Below are positions 16,673-25,182 of a stretch of DNA of 32,000 nt, one piece after another. Within the stretch, counting starts at the first letter, position 1. Each line of letters starts with the position of its first letter. The stretch lies in the NCBI GenBank assembly GCA_022646745.1, contig CP060262.1:1980001-2012000 (forward strand), read 5' to 3'. This stretch comes from Planctomycetales bacterium. GTDB lineage: Bacteria; 4484-113; JAFGCY01. Position numbers and translations under genes: made by a program. The notes under the pieces are model-generated. The model was not told the origin of the DNA, did no database searches, and saw nothing but the letters and a program-made list of their open reading frames with translations.

Positions 16673-16763
16673 TTCTTGGTAAAGATTCGATTCCTCGGTT
16701 TGCATGTGTGACCGGCTCAAGTTAGCATACTTCGGGGAATGAGAATAAGCTTGGGAGCTTGTT

Positions 16764-18779
16764 GTGAAAATATCTCGTTCATGGGCTGCGCTAATTCTGC
16801 TGGCAGTGTTATCCTGCAGCTGCAGTAATTCGGAATCGACGTCATCCGGCAATCTCGTCTCCGAGACCGTTCTACCCCTCAGCGAAAATGTCACTGCGGG
16901 TCTACCCGCACCTTCTGAACTGCGTGGCACATCCACTACGGTGTTCTCCCGTGAGGGTTCCTCCTTCGACTACAGCCATAATGCGCTGGCGCAGGATGCC
17001 AGCGCGATGCTGGAATACAAGGGAGCCACGATTCCCGGCACGGACATCAACCAGTATTCCTATGCCGTCTACCTGTTCAATGGCGTGAGCGAACTCCCGC
17101 CGATCCTGAGCGTGCAGATGCATGGTGACTTCACTTCCCGCCTCTATCCGGCTGTTGCCAACTGGCGTACCAACCGCTGGGAATTCGGCTTCGGGCACAT
17201 CTACTCGTATGCCGACCACAACTTCCCGCTGCCCGCCCTGGAGGAACTGCCGGATGACTTCCGCTCCGAGACCGGGCAGGTCGCCTTCGCCCTGCTGAAG
17301 GTTGACAATGACGGACCGTCATTCATTGACGGCCTGAGCTTCTGGCAGCCTGATGAGGTCCTGAATGTGGTTGCCAGTGAGGGCCTGTGGGACGGCATCG
17401 ACATCAGCTGGGAGGTGCCGGGCGGCACCAACTATGTGCAGATCGAGCGCAGGGCCCAGGGCGTGGCCGCCTGGCAGCTGATCACGCCTGAGCCGATCGC
17501 CGCCAACCTGATTACCTACAAGGACATCACCGCCGACGGTGGCATCTACTACGAGTACCGTGTCAGCGGCGGGTACCGCTGGGACACCGTGCTCGGCGAG
17601 CAGTATTACTGGACAAGCGGCAAGAAGGCGATCGGCCTGCGCAATGTCGACACCGTCACCCTCGGCATGAACCAGGATGAATACCTCGTGCCGGGCAACA
17701 GCTTCAACCGCCTGAGCTTCTACTTCGCACCCACGAATGACGCGCACGGTGTGCACGCAGTGCGCAACACTTCTTTCCCGCCGGGGCAGGACTGGGAGCT
17801 GTTCGATGAGACTTCCACGAACTTCCCCTACCTGAACATTGCCGAGGACCCGGACCTCGGTCCCGCGATTTCTGTGTTCCAGCTCAATGAGCTCAACAAC
17901 CCGCTGATCAACATTGCCTACTCGGACGGCACCGGAGCGTATTCCTATGCCGCCCTGCTTGACCAGGAGGGCCACTTCAACTGGCTCGACCCTGGCCAGG
18001 TGCGTACCGGCAACAACCATGTGCTTGGCAGCCTGGCTCTTGAGCGCCGCCTGGCCTGCTTCACCTGGAATGACGACACCAACCGCATCGAATTCGTGGA
18101 AAGCGTCGACCAGGAAGGCACCTTCTGGTGGGAATTCAACGACCAGGCCAAGTACGCGATCGTGACAGACCGCCACCCGACGAACGGCATCTGCGTCTCA
18201 CCGACGATGCGCCAGTCGATCGCCTTCCGCGAGAAGGGCACCAATGGCGTGATCGTCTGCCGCAAGGGCGCGGACGGCTGGGAGACCCAGGTCGTCGGCG
18301 TGGAAACCAGTTCCCAGCCGGTGCTGCAGAACATCAAGACGAACCAGCTTGACAACACGGCCGCGGTGATCTACCGCGACATGGACAACCAGCGCATCCG
18401 CCTCGTGCGCAGCTTCGAGGGCGAGACCTGGCTGACCAACCAGCAGGAGACCCTCGTGCTGGTGAAGGGTGCTGACCAGATCGGCGAGTTCTGCCATTAC
18501 ATGCTTGAGCCGCCGAGCAACTTCAACGTGCTGGCCTACACCCACAATGGCGACCTGAAGTTCAAGTTCAGCTCGAAGACCGGCCAGGACGTCTGGAGCG
18601 AGGAATTCCTGATTGACGACTCCGGCACCTGCCGCAACCTGAACATCACCCGGATCGGCACCGACCTGCAGTGGCAGTACTTCACCTTCCTGAGCTACAT
18701 CCGTACCGATGAGTTCGGTGTGGCCCAGCTGAAGTTCCTCGACCTGAACTCCTTCCTGGAGTCAAACGGACTGCTCTGA
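16764..18779 (+). CDS. lipoprotein with FN3-like domain and probable beta-rich C-terminal region (hypothetical)
   Basis: GTG start with GGGAG 6 nt upstream. Lipobox in MKISRSWAALILLAVLSCS. FN3-like segment is ISWEVPGGTNYVQIERR...YYEYRVSG. Confidence 0.8.
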   Translation: MKISRSWAALILLAVLSCSCSNSESTSSGNLVSETVLPLSENVTAGLPAPSELRGTSTTVFSREGSSFDYSHNALAQDASAMLEYKGATIPGTDINQYSYAVYLFNGVSELPPILSVQMHGDFTSRLYPAVANWRTNRWEFGFGHIYSYADHNFPLPALEELPDDFRSETGQVAFALLKVDNDGPSFIDGLSFWQPDEVLNVVASEGLWDGIDISWEVPGGTNYVQIERRAQGVAAWQLITPEPIAANLITYKDITADGGIYYEYRVSGGYRWDTVLGEQYYWTSGKKAIGLRNVDTVTLGMNQDEYLVPGNSFNRLSFYFAPTNDAHGVHAVRNTSFPPGQDWELFDETSTNFPYLNIAEDPDLGPAISVFQLNELNNPLINIAYSDGTGAYSYAALLDQEGHFNWLDPGQVRTGNNHVLGSLALERRLACFTWNDDTNRIEFVESVDQEGTFWWEFNDQAKYAIVTDRHPTNGICVSPTMRQSIAFREKGTNGVIVCRKGADGWETQVVGVETSSQPVLQNIKTNQLDNTAAVIYRDMDNQRIRLVRSFEGETWLTNQQETLVLVKGADQIGEFCHYMLEPPSNFNVLAYTHNGDLKFKFSSKTGQDVWSEEFLIDDSGTCRNLNITRIGTDLQWQYFTFLSYIRTDEFGVAQLKFLDLNSFLESNGLL

Positions 18780-18804
18780 TCCCTCCCATCACACAACAAG
18801 CAAG

Positions 18805-18829
18805 AAGGCCCGCCATTGGCGGGCCTTTT
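18805..18829 (+). terminator. rho-independent terminator
   Basis: ggcccgcc-att-ggcgggcc stem followed by TTTT. Confidence 0.8.
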
Positions 18830-18879
18830 GCGTTTCTATCACCTGGATCACCGGCGGCTGGAAGCCGCCGCTACGGAAC

Positions 18880-18963
18880 CTGCTTCTGCTTCTGTTTCTG
18901 CTTCAGTTTCTGCTTCTGTTTCTGCTTCTGCTTCTGTTTCTGTTTCTGTTTCTGCTTCTGCTA
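18880..18963. repeat. hexanucleotide microsatellite (CTGYTT)x14
   Basis: Read directly: ctgctt ctgctt ctgttt ctgctt cagttt ctgctt ctgttt ctgctt ctgctt ctgttt ctgttt ctgttt ctgctt ctgcta. It is intergenic, between convergent genes. Confidence 0.95.
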
Positions 18964-18983
18964 ATGGCCGCTGTTTTTTTCAC

Positions 18984-19030
18984 GCGGTCCATGGGACCGC
19001 ATACCTGTCAGGCCATGGGCCTGACCTCCC
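18984..19030. repeat. two CCATGG-centred hairpins (family 2 palindromic element)
   Basis: gcggtcc-atg-ggaccgc (18984-19000) and gtcaggcc-atg-ggcctgac (19007-19025), followed by ctccc. The 27-mer at 19004-19030 matches 2635-2661 except for compensatory stem changes. Confidence 0.75.
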
Positions 19031-19058
19031 ACTGACCACTGCCTACTGACCACTGTTG

Positions 19059-20147
19059 TCAGACCTTCACCATGAAGCGCTCGCCGCTCTTCAGGCTCAG
19101 GCACAGTGCGCACAGCAGGTCCGCGATCCGGTCGAGGTCGCCGAGGTGCACGGTCTCAGCCGGGCTGTGCATGTAGCGCTGCGGCAGGCTGACAACGGCA
19201 GTCGGGATCCCGCCGCGCGTCACGAAGATCGAATCCGCATCCGTGCCGGTATGGCGCGGGGTGGCCTCATGCTGCAGGCCGATGCGGGCCTTGCGGGCCA
19301 CTTCCTCGATGCGGCGGTTCAGCTCCGGGTGGCAGGCGCTGCCGTGTGCCAGCACCGGGCCGTTGCCAACCCGCATGTCGCCCCAGCGCTTCTTCTCCGC
19401 CTGCGGGTGGTCCACGCTCTGGGTCACGTCCACAGCGATTGCGCAGTCCGGATCAGCTCCGTAGGCAGCCATGCCGGCGCCGAAGCAGCCGACCTCCTCC
19501 TGCACGGCGGCCACCGCCGTGATCCTGGCATTGAGCTTCTTCCCGCTCTGCTTCGCGCGGCGCAGGGCCTCGATGCCGCTCCAGATGCCGATGCGGTTGT
19601 CCAGCGCCCGGCCACAGACCAGCCCGTTCTGCAGCTCGTCCAGACCGTAGTCCAGCACGATCGGGTCACCGACCCGCACATGCTTCTCGGCCTCGGCCTT
19701 CGAGCGCGCGCCGATGTCAACATAGACGTTGACACCGAACTGGTAGCGCTTCAGCTCCTGGCCGCCCTGGGCCTCACGCTGCATGTGCGGAGGCAGGCTG
19801 CCGATCAGCCCGGGCAGTTCACCGCCCTTGCCAAGCACCCTGACGCGCATGCTGGGCAGGATCTTGGCATCGTAGCCGCCGATCGTGCTGACCCACAGGA
19901 AGCCGTCGTCGTCAATGTAGCTCACCATCAGGCCGATCTCGTCGGCATGCCCGTCCAGCAGGATGTGCGGGTCGCCCTTCGGGTTGAGCACGGCGAAGCC
20001 GTTGCCATAGGCGTCGGTGTACACCTCATCCGCGAACTGCTTCGCGTAGTCCATCCAGGTGCGCACGACGGGCGCTTCGAAGCCCGAGGGGCCATAGCTG
20101 TTGACAAGTGCTGTGAGGAAATCGCGGGCGGACTGGTCCATGCCCAT
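19059..20147 (-). CDS. M42 family metallo-aminopeptidase (FrvX/YsdC-like)
   Basis: LLDGHADEIGLMV, GRALDNRIG, QEEVGCFGA and GTDA motifs; 362 aa. Confidence 0.9.
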   Translation of the reverse strand: MGMDQSARDFLTALVNSYGPSGFEAPVVRTWMDYAKQFADEVYTDAYGNGFAVLNPKGDPHILLDGHADEIGLMVSYIDDDGFLWVSTIGGYDAKILPSMRVRVLGKGGELPGLIGSLPPHMQREAQGGQELKRYQFGVNVYVDIGARSKAEAEKHVRVGDPIVLDYGLDELQNGLVCGRALDNRIGIWSGIEALRRAKQSGKKLNARITAVAAVQEEVGCFGAGMAAYGADPDCAIAVDVTQSVDHPQAEKKRWGDMRVGNGPVLAHGSACHPELNRRIEEVARKARIGLQHEATPRHTGTDADSIFVTRGGIPTAVVSLPQRYMHSPAETVHLGDLDRIADLLCALCLSLKSGERFMVKV

Positions 20148-20173
20148 ATTCTATCGCGTACGCGGCCCGCGAA

Positions 20174-20788
20174 TCAGTCCGGCAGCTGGCCATAGCTCGG
20201 CAGCTTGAAGATCTCACCGAGACTGGCATAGCGCCCGCCACCCATGCGCGCCAGCGGCTTAAGCCGGTGCGGGTCGATCGCGCCGCGCGCATCAATCAGG
20301 GTGTCGCGGATATGGAACATCAGCACGTCGGCGAGGATCATCGCCCCGCCGCTTTCCTCGAATTCGATCACCTGGCGCAGGCGGCATTCCATGCTGACCG
20401 GTGCTTCCTTCACGAACGGTGCACTGACCACGGATCCGAAGGCCGGCGTGAGCTTCGTGGCCGCGAATTCATCCTCGCCATAGGGCAGTTCCGCGCTGCT
20501 TTCATGCAGCTGGTCGCCGTGCTGCAGGTCGCAGATGCTGATCGTGAGTTCTCCTGTCCGGCGGATGTTGAGCAGCGTGTCCTTGCCTGGCTTGCTTTCC
20601 GTTGGTGAAAAGCCCAGCCCGACCACCGGCGGGGTGGCGCTGAAGGCGTTGAAGAAGCTGAACGGGGCGAGGTTATGCCCGCCCGCCTCATTGTTCGTAC
20701 CCACCCAGGCGATCGGGCGGGGCACGATCGCGCTGATCATCAGGAAGTAGCGCCGCCCGGGGGAAAGGGTCTGTGGGTCGATGTGCAT
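20174..20788 (-). CDS. flavin reductase-like FMN-binding protein
   Basis: VPRPIAWVGTNNEAGGHNLAPFSFFN is typical of the flavin reductase domain. ATG at 20788 has GGAGG 5 nt upstream. The track ORF extension to 21016 overlaps moxR and is rejected. Confidence 0.82.
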   Translation of the reverse strand: MHIDPQTLSPGRRYFLMISAIVPRPIAWVGTNNEAGGHNLAPFSFFNAFSATPPVVGLGFSPTESKPGKDTLLNIRRTGELTISICDLQHGDQLHESSAELPYGEDEFAATKLTPAFGSVVSAPFVKEAPVSMECRLRQVIEFEESGGAMILADVLMFHIRDTLIDARGAIDPHRLKPLARMGGGRYASLGEIFKLPSYGQLPD

Positions 20789-20799
20789 TGCAACCTCCG

Positions 20800-20808
20800 T
20801 GTTAAAAT
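20800..20808 (+). promoter_or_regulatory. candidate extended -10 element (TGtTAAAAT) for moxR
   Basis: Sequence pattern 22 nt upstream of the moxR ATG, in a 42-nt divergent intergenic region. Confidence 0.3.
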
Positions 20809-20830
20809 AGCGGGAACTCAGTATTGTCCC

Positions 20831-21841
20831 ATGAGTACAGGCTCCATGAGCAATCCGGAACCGGTGACGAACAGCCCCTCCGTCTCCATCAGCCCCGCTG
20901 AACTGGACGGCGCGCTGGCGCTTGTCAACCGGGTGATCCGCAACATCGAGCTGGCCATCTTCGGCAAGCGAGACGTGATCGAGCTGGTGCTGATCGGCAT
21001 GTTCTCCGATGGCCATGTGCTGCTGGAGGATGTGCCCGGCGTGGGCAAGACCATCCTCGCCCGTGCACTGGCGCGCAGTGTGAAGGCCGACTTCAAGCGC
21101 ATCCAGTTCACCCCGGACCTGCTGCCGGCGGACGTCACCGGAGCCAATACCTACGACCAGAAGGAAAACAAATTCTCCTTCCGCCCGGGACCGATCTTCG
21201 CCAACATCCTGCTGGCGGATGAGATCAACCGTACCAGCCCGCGCACCCAGTCATCGCTCTTGGAGGCGATGGAGGAGCGCCAGGTCACCGTGGACGGCGT
21301 GACCTACCCGGTGCCACGGCCCTTCTTCGTGATCGCCACCCAGAACCCGGTGGAGCAGCAGGGCACCTACGACCTGCCGGAGGCGCAGCTGGACCGCTTC
21401 ATCCTGCGCGTCAAGATCGGCTATCCGAGCATCGACCACGAGGCGGAGATCCTCGAGGCCCAGCGCCGCACGCATCCGATCGAGGAGCTGGAGCCGATCT
21501 GCGGGCCGGACGAGATCATGTCCATCCAGCAGCTCGTGCGCCGCATCGGGGTCAAGCCGAGCCTCAGGCGCTACGTCGCCGAGATCAGCGCGGCCAGCCG
21601 CGAGCACCCGGATGTGCTGGTCGGCGTCAGCGTGCGCGGCAGCCAGCGCCTGATGACGGCGGCGCAGGCCTACGCGATGCTCAACCACCGCGACTACATC
21701 ATCCCGGACGACATCCAGAGCGTGGCGCCGCACTGCCTGGCACACCGCATCCTGCTGCGTCCCGAGGCCAAGCTGGCCGGCGTGGACGAGAAGAGCGTGC
21801 TTAAGGCCATCCTGCGCCAGATCAGCGTCCCGGCGCAGTAG
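20831..21841 (+). CDS. moxR: MoxR-family AAA+ ATPase
   Basis: Walker A DVPGVGKT, Walker B LLADEINR, and SSLLEAMEERQVTVDG. The start is set at ATG 20831 (MSTGSMSN); the longer track ORF from 20675 overlaps the divergent gene. Confidence 0.92.
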   Translation: MSTGSMSNPEPVTNSPSVSISPAELDGALALVNRVIRNIELAIFGKRDVIELVLIGMFSDGHVLLEDVPGVGKTILARALARSVKADFKRIQFTPDLLPADVTGANTYDQKENKFSFRPGPIFANILLADEINRTSPRTQSSLLEAMEERQVTVDGVTYPVPRPFFVIATQNPVEQQGTYDLPEAQLDRFILRVKIGYPSIDHEAEILEAQRRTHPIEELEPICGPDEIMSIQQLVRRIGVKPSLRRYVAEISAASREHPDVLVGVSVRGSQRLMTAAQAYAMLNHRDYIIPDDIQSVAPHCLAHRILLRPEAKLAGVDEKSVLKAILRQISVPAQ

Positions 21842-21918
21842 GAGCTACCCGCTTCAGCGGTAGTGGAGCAGCGGCGCAAGTCGCACAACGGAGCTACCCG
21901 CTTCAGCGGTAGTGGAGC
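21841..21918 (+). repeat. two direct REP copies (same family as the RAYT-flanking REPs)
   Basis: ggagctacccgcttcagcggtagtggagc occurs at 21841-21869 and 21890-21918. The first copy starts within the moxR stop codon (TAG 21839-21841). Confidence 0.9.
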
Positions 21919-21920
21919 TG

Positions 21921-22129
21921 CGGCGCAAGCCAGGCGCGGAGGTCGAGCGCAAGCTCGGCGCGGTATCCCGGCGCAAGCCGGACGCTGGTTTGATCAACCA
22001 CAAAGGGCACCAAGATCACAAAGTGGCAATCCAGTTCACTAAGCCAATCTTCGTGATCAACTGAAAACTTCGTGTCCTTCGTGTCTTCGTGGTGAATCTT
22101 CCCTACGGATCTACGGCGCAAGCCAGGCG
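21921..22129. repeat. composite repeat: 16-nt direct repeats bracketing GCAA-loop mini-hairpins and an imperfect inverted repeat of (CACRAAG)n / (CTTCGTG)n
   Basis: CGGCGCAAGCCAGGCG occurs at 21921-21936 and 22114-22129. Mini-hairpins are cgagc-gcaa-gctcg (21944-21957) and ccggc-gcaa-gccgg (21968-21981). Inverted-repeat arms are at 21998-22026 and 22068-22094. Confidence 0.75.
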
Positions 22130-22156
22130 GTGTGTTGCTCTGTGAGCAACACACCG
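22128..22156. other. perfect 13-bp stem hairpin, 24 nt upstream of the lipoprotein gene start
   Basis: cggtgtgttgctc-tgt-gagcaacacaccg, with no T-run on either strand. Confidence 0.7.
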
Positions 22157-22179
22157 TCAATTCAAGGTAAAATCAAAGC

Positions 22180-24819
22180 ATGAAAACTCGCCGGGCCACA
22201 TCGCTCGCATTGGTCCCGTTCATGCTCGGGGTGATCCTGCTGGCAGGCTGCAAGGGCGGCACCAGTCCTGAAGCGCTTTCTCCTGATTCCAGTAACACCG
22301 CCAACCAGTTCCCCGAGTTGCATGATGCCCTGGCTGCCGAGTTCGCCCGCCTGGGCATTGACCCTGACAAGGTGCCCGCCAAGGTGGCCAGCGGCGACTC
22401 CAACGCCGTGTTTGATCTGGCCCTCACGGTTGACGACCCCGATGGCGAAGGTCCCACACCTGCCAGTGGAGTGACGCTCAAGTGGACTGAGCGCATGCTG
22501 GGGGACTACGATCAGAACGGCCTGGTGAACGCTTCCGATATCACACCTCTCGGGCAGAATTTCCAGCAGGCAGTTACTTACGACGATCCCTTCAGTCACA
22601 ACGGTCTGGAATACTGGCCCGCAGGCGACCCGGACGACGGCGGCAGTGGCGCTGCAAACTGGCGGCGCGCTCGCGTGGATGGCAACGATGACGGGCTTGT
22701 CGGCCTGTCCGATATCACCACCATCGCCCAGCACTGGAATGAACAGCTTTCCGGCTACGTGGTGCAGATGGCGGTCAACCGGGGCGATGGCGAACTGAAC
22801 TGGACTGATGTGGACAGTGGCAACGGCATAGCTCCCAGCATTGCCCGTCCCAGCGTCAACAATGCAGCGGCCGTGCGCTACGAACTGTATATCCCGTTGG
22901 GCGAAGCGCAGTTTGCTCATCATTTCCGTGTGCTGCCATACGACGCTGTGACAGACGAGCGCGGTGAATTGTCAAACCGGGCGGACTACTATCCGGTGAG
23001 CCAGGGCGATACCACCCCGCCTTACTGGCTGGATACCGTAGGCGTACAGAAACTGGTTCCCTCCAGCGAGCAGATCAAAGTGGAGTTTGGCAACGCAGAG
23101 GACAGCCAGTCCCCGCCCGTCAGCTACCGCATCTACTGGGAGGAAAGCTCAGAGGGCAGCCTCGATCCATTCGATTATGTCAGCGCCCAGTCAGCGGATG
23201 TGATGGATTCACCCTACACGATCACTGGCCTGACGAATGAGCTGTACTACCGCGTGGCGGTGCGCGCGTTGGACAGCGCGGAAACACAGAATGAAGAAAA
23301 GAATCAGGTGCTGCTGGGTGCAATGGTTGAACCGCGTGATGTGTATCCACCGGAGTGGACTGCCCGTGTTGGTTTGCAGGAAGTGCTCTACGGTAACGGC
23401 CTGGCTGTCATGATCTGGGATCCGGCAGTTGACAGCCATACTGATGAACATGGCACCTGGGAAAGTGGCCCGGTGATTTACAGGGTTTACTATGGCGAGG
23501 GCTTAACTCCTGACTTCAACAAAGCGACTACTCTGGACTTCCCTGATAAGGGTCTTGACTATTACATAGTCACGATCCCTGATCTTGACACTTCGATTCA
23601 TCGCTGGTTCAGCGTGCGCGCGTTGGACCAGGCAACAATACCAAATGAGGATGACAACGATGCCGTGATCGTGCGGCGTGGCTCAGTTGTCACCAACCAT
23701 GAGAAACCCGGACCTGGTCCGGGAATTCCTCCGACGGCGCAAAAGGATGCGAGTAGTAAAGCAGCTGAGCCGGATGGTTTCGTGCAGAATGCCAGCCGCA
23801 CGGAGACCTACTATTACGACTGCTATGTGGATCCGCCTGGAGAGGACATGGTTCCACGCGAGAATTGGATCAGCCTCTGGAAGATTGAGGGGAATAGTAT
23901 CACTCATTCGCGTGATCTGATGATCGGTGAATACACCGGGGAGCTGGTGGTGCAGGCGCTTTGTGTTGACAACGTTGGAAAGCTGAAAGTGTTCTCAACT
24001 TTGAACCCCTCCTTGTCAGGAATGACCACAGTTGAGTTTCGGGAAGGGGAAGGTGAAATTTTCAACAAAGAGATGCCAAAATGCTCAATAACACATGCTG
24101 GCTGTACATATGATCCAAGCGACATTTGCTGGTCTGGGATCGCAAAATGGGAAAATGATGATGTGTTGAACCCTAGATTTACTTATTACCTTGACATACC
24201 TCCATTGAATTTGCTGAGTTCATACTGGGATACCGATGATCACGATGGATTCATTTCAAACCCCAGTCTGGACAGCGCATTCCTTAGTGATTCCAGTATT
24301 TTCACGCTGATTAGACCAACAGATCCAAACGATGGAAATTACCTGTACTCACTAGAAGTGACTAGTTCTGAAGTTGTTGTCAAGCCGTTTAACATGTTTC
24401 CAGAAACGAGCGGTGTTAGTGTTACTGGCTGGGATTCAATTAACCCGTTGTTTGTGGAGTATCACAAGAATGGCAATGAACATGTTACTTCAATGTACCA
24501 AGGAGAATGGGAAGGACACTATGAGGAAGTAAGACCGTTGTCAGAGCAAGGAAGATTGTATTACACTGTCCGTTCACAATTTGAAGTAATCATGTCTGCT
24601 AGTGGTTCCGCATTACAATTCTACGATTTTGCTAATCCTGTTAAATTTATTCGAAGAACATACTTAGTACTAGAAGATACTAGTTATGCAATTCCTTCGG
24701 GGCTGGATTTAGGTTTGAACTTCAATTTGGGAATCAACATCCGTACGGATAGTTCTGAATACTGTGGGTTCAGCAATACAATTGGTGGGGACTTGATTTC
24801 AACTGTACAACTCCAGTAA
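22180..24819 (+). CDS. lipoprotein with a dockerin-type repeat pair, FN3-like domains and a low-GC C-terminal region
   Basis: Lipobox in MKTRRATSLALVPFMLGVILLAGCK. Dockerin/EF-hand-like repeats are GDYDQNGLVNASDITPLGQNF (22501-22563) and DGNDDGLVGLSDITTIAQHW (22678-22740). FN3-like segments include SYRIYWEE...YTITGLTNELYYRVAVRALD. Confidence 0.85.
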   Translation: MKTRRATSLALVPFMLGVILLAGCKGGTSPEALSPDSSNTANQFPELHDALAAEFARLGIDPDKVPAKVASGDSNAVFDLALTVDDPDGEGPTPASGVTLKWTERMLGDYDQNGLVNASDITPLGQNFQQAVTYDDPFSHNGLEYWPAGDPDDGGSGAANWRRARVDGNDDGLVGLSDITTIAQHWNEQLSGYVVQMAVNRGDGELNWTDVDSGNGIAPSIARPSVNNAAAVRYELYIPLGEAQFAHHFRVLPYDAVTDERGELSNRADYYPVSQGDTTPPYWLDTVGVQKLVPSSEQIKVEFGNAEDSQSPPVSYRIYWEESSEGSLDPFDYVSAQSADVMDSPYTITGLTNELYYRVAVRALDSAETQNEEKNQVLLGAMVEPRDVYPPEWTARVGLQEVLYGNGLAVMIWDPAVDSHTDEHGTWESGPVIYRVYYGEGLTPDFNKATTLDFPDKGLDYYIVTIPDLDTSIHRWFSVRALDQATIPNEDDNDAVIVRRGSVVTNHEKPGPGPGIPPTAQKDASSKAAEPDGFVQNASRTETYYYDCYVDPPGEDMVPRENWISLWKIEGNSITHSRDLMIGEYTGELVVQALCVDNVGKLKVFSTLNPSLSGMTTVEFREGEGEIFNKEMPKCSITHAGCTYDPSDICWSGIAKWENDDVLNPRFTYYLDIPPLNLLSSYWDTDDHDGFISNPSLDSAFLSDSSIFTLIRPTDPNDGNYLYSLEVTSSEVVVKPFNMFPETSGVSVTGWDSINPLFVEYHKNGNEHVTSMYQGEWEGHYEEVRPLSEQGRLYYTVRSQFEVIMSASGSALQFYDFANPVKFIRRTYLVLEDTSYAIPSGLDLGLNFNLGINIRTDSSEYCGFSNTIGGDLISTVQLQ

Positions 24820-24852
24820 CTTTCGACTAATTTTTTCTAAAAGGAGAATGAC

Positions 24853-25140
24853 ATGGGAATCACTAAGAAAGTCGCGATTGCGATGATTTTGTCGATAATG
24901 CTTGCTTCATGTGGAGGACAGAAAGACAACAGTCTCGATAAGCAGACTTCGATTGCTGAGCAGCTTCGCAGCACAATCACAGTCCAGTGTCGCGATGGCT
25001 TTGATGGCATTCAGGGTGCCAGTGATCTCAGGGTGGAAATCTCTGAAGCTGAGGGCAACGCAGTGCTACGGCCGCCCTTTCCTTTTCTCCTTTGTTACAC
25101 TCCGCTACCCCCGACAACCCAGCTCCCACATCCTCAGTGA
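24853..25140 (+). CDS. small lipoprotein (hypothetical; 3' end possibly degenerate)
   Basis: SD AAGGAG lies 7 nt upstream. Lipobox in MGITKKVAIAMILSIMLASCGG. Low GC, like the 3' end of the upstream gene. The last about 25 codons run into a C-rich tract, giving a Pro-rich tail. Confidence 0.55.
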   Translation: MGITKKVAIAMILSIMLASCGGQKDNSLDKQTSIAEQLRSTITVQCRDGFDGIQGASDLRVEISEAEGNAVLRPPFPFLLCYTPLPPTTQLPHPQ

Positions 25141-25141
25141 T

Positions 25142-25182
25142 CCCCGTTCCCCCGCCCCTTGCCGCCGCTCCCCCTCCCCCCC
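25142..25182. other. C-tract cluster (i-motif on plus strand / G-quadruplex potential on minus strand)
   Basis: C-runs of 4, 5, 4, 5 and 7 within 41 nt: cccc 25142-25145, ccccc 25149-25153, cccc 25155-25158, ccccc 25170-25174, ccccccc 25176-25182. They sit in a G-poor pyrimidine stretch spanning about 25075-25190. Confidence 0.6.

Noticed and set aside
16673-16936. N-terminal extension of the ruvX ORF in the track (234 aa)
   Set aside because: The RuvX family starts at MRIIGLDAG. The extension overlaps the divergent lipoprotein gene start and has no coding signature.
17319-18176. 285-aa minus-strand ORF
   Set aside because: It is antisense to the 16764-18779 lipoprotein gene and has shadow-frame composition.
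18816-19049. 77-aa ORF encoding (AS/VS) repeats
   Set aside because: It is just the translation of the (CTGYTT)n microsatellite. It starts within the preceding terminator hairpin, has no SD, and lies between convergent genes.
19056-20195. 379-aa plus-strand ORF
   Set aside because: It is fully antisense to the M42 peptidase gene, which has clear family motifs. Its Ala/Arg/His-rich composition is typical of shadow ORFs in high-GC DNA.
20789-21016. N-terminal extension of the flavin reductase ORF, and the 20675-20830 extension of moxR
   Set aside because: The extensions overlap each other on opposite strands. The internal ATG at 20788 has a good SD (GGAGG), and family-typical N-termini begin at 20788 and 20831.
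21903-22160. 85-aa minus-strand ORF (HEDTKDTKF...FVILVPFVV)
   Set aside because: It is built entirely from the intergenic inverted and direct repeats. It is better explained as a non-coding repeat element.
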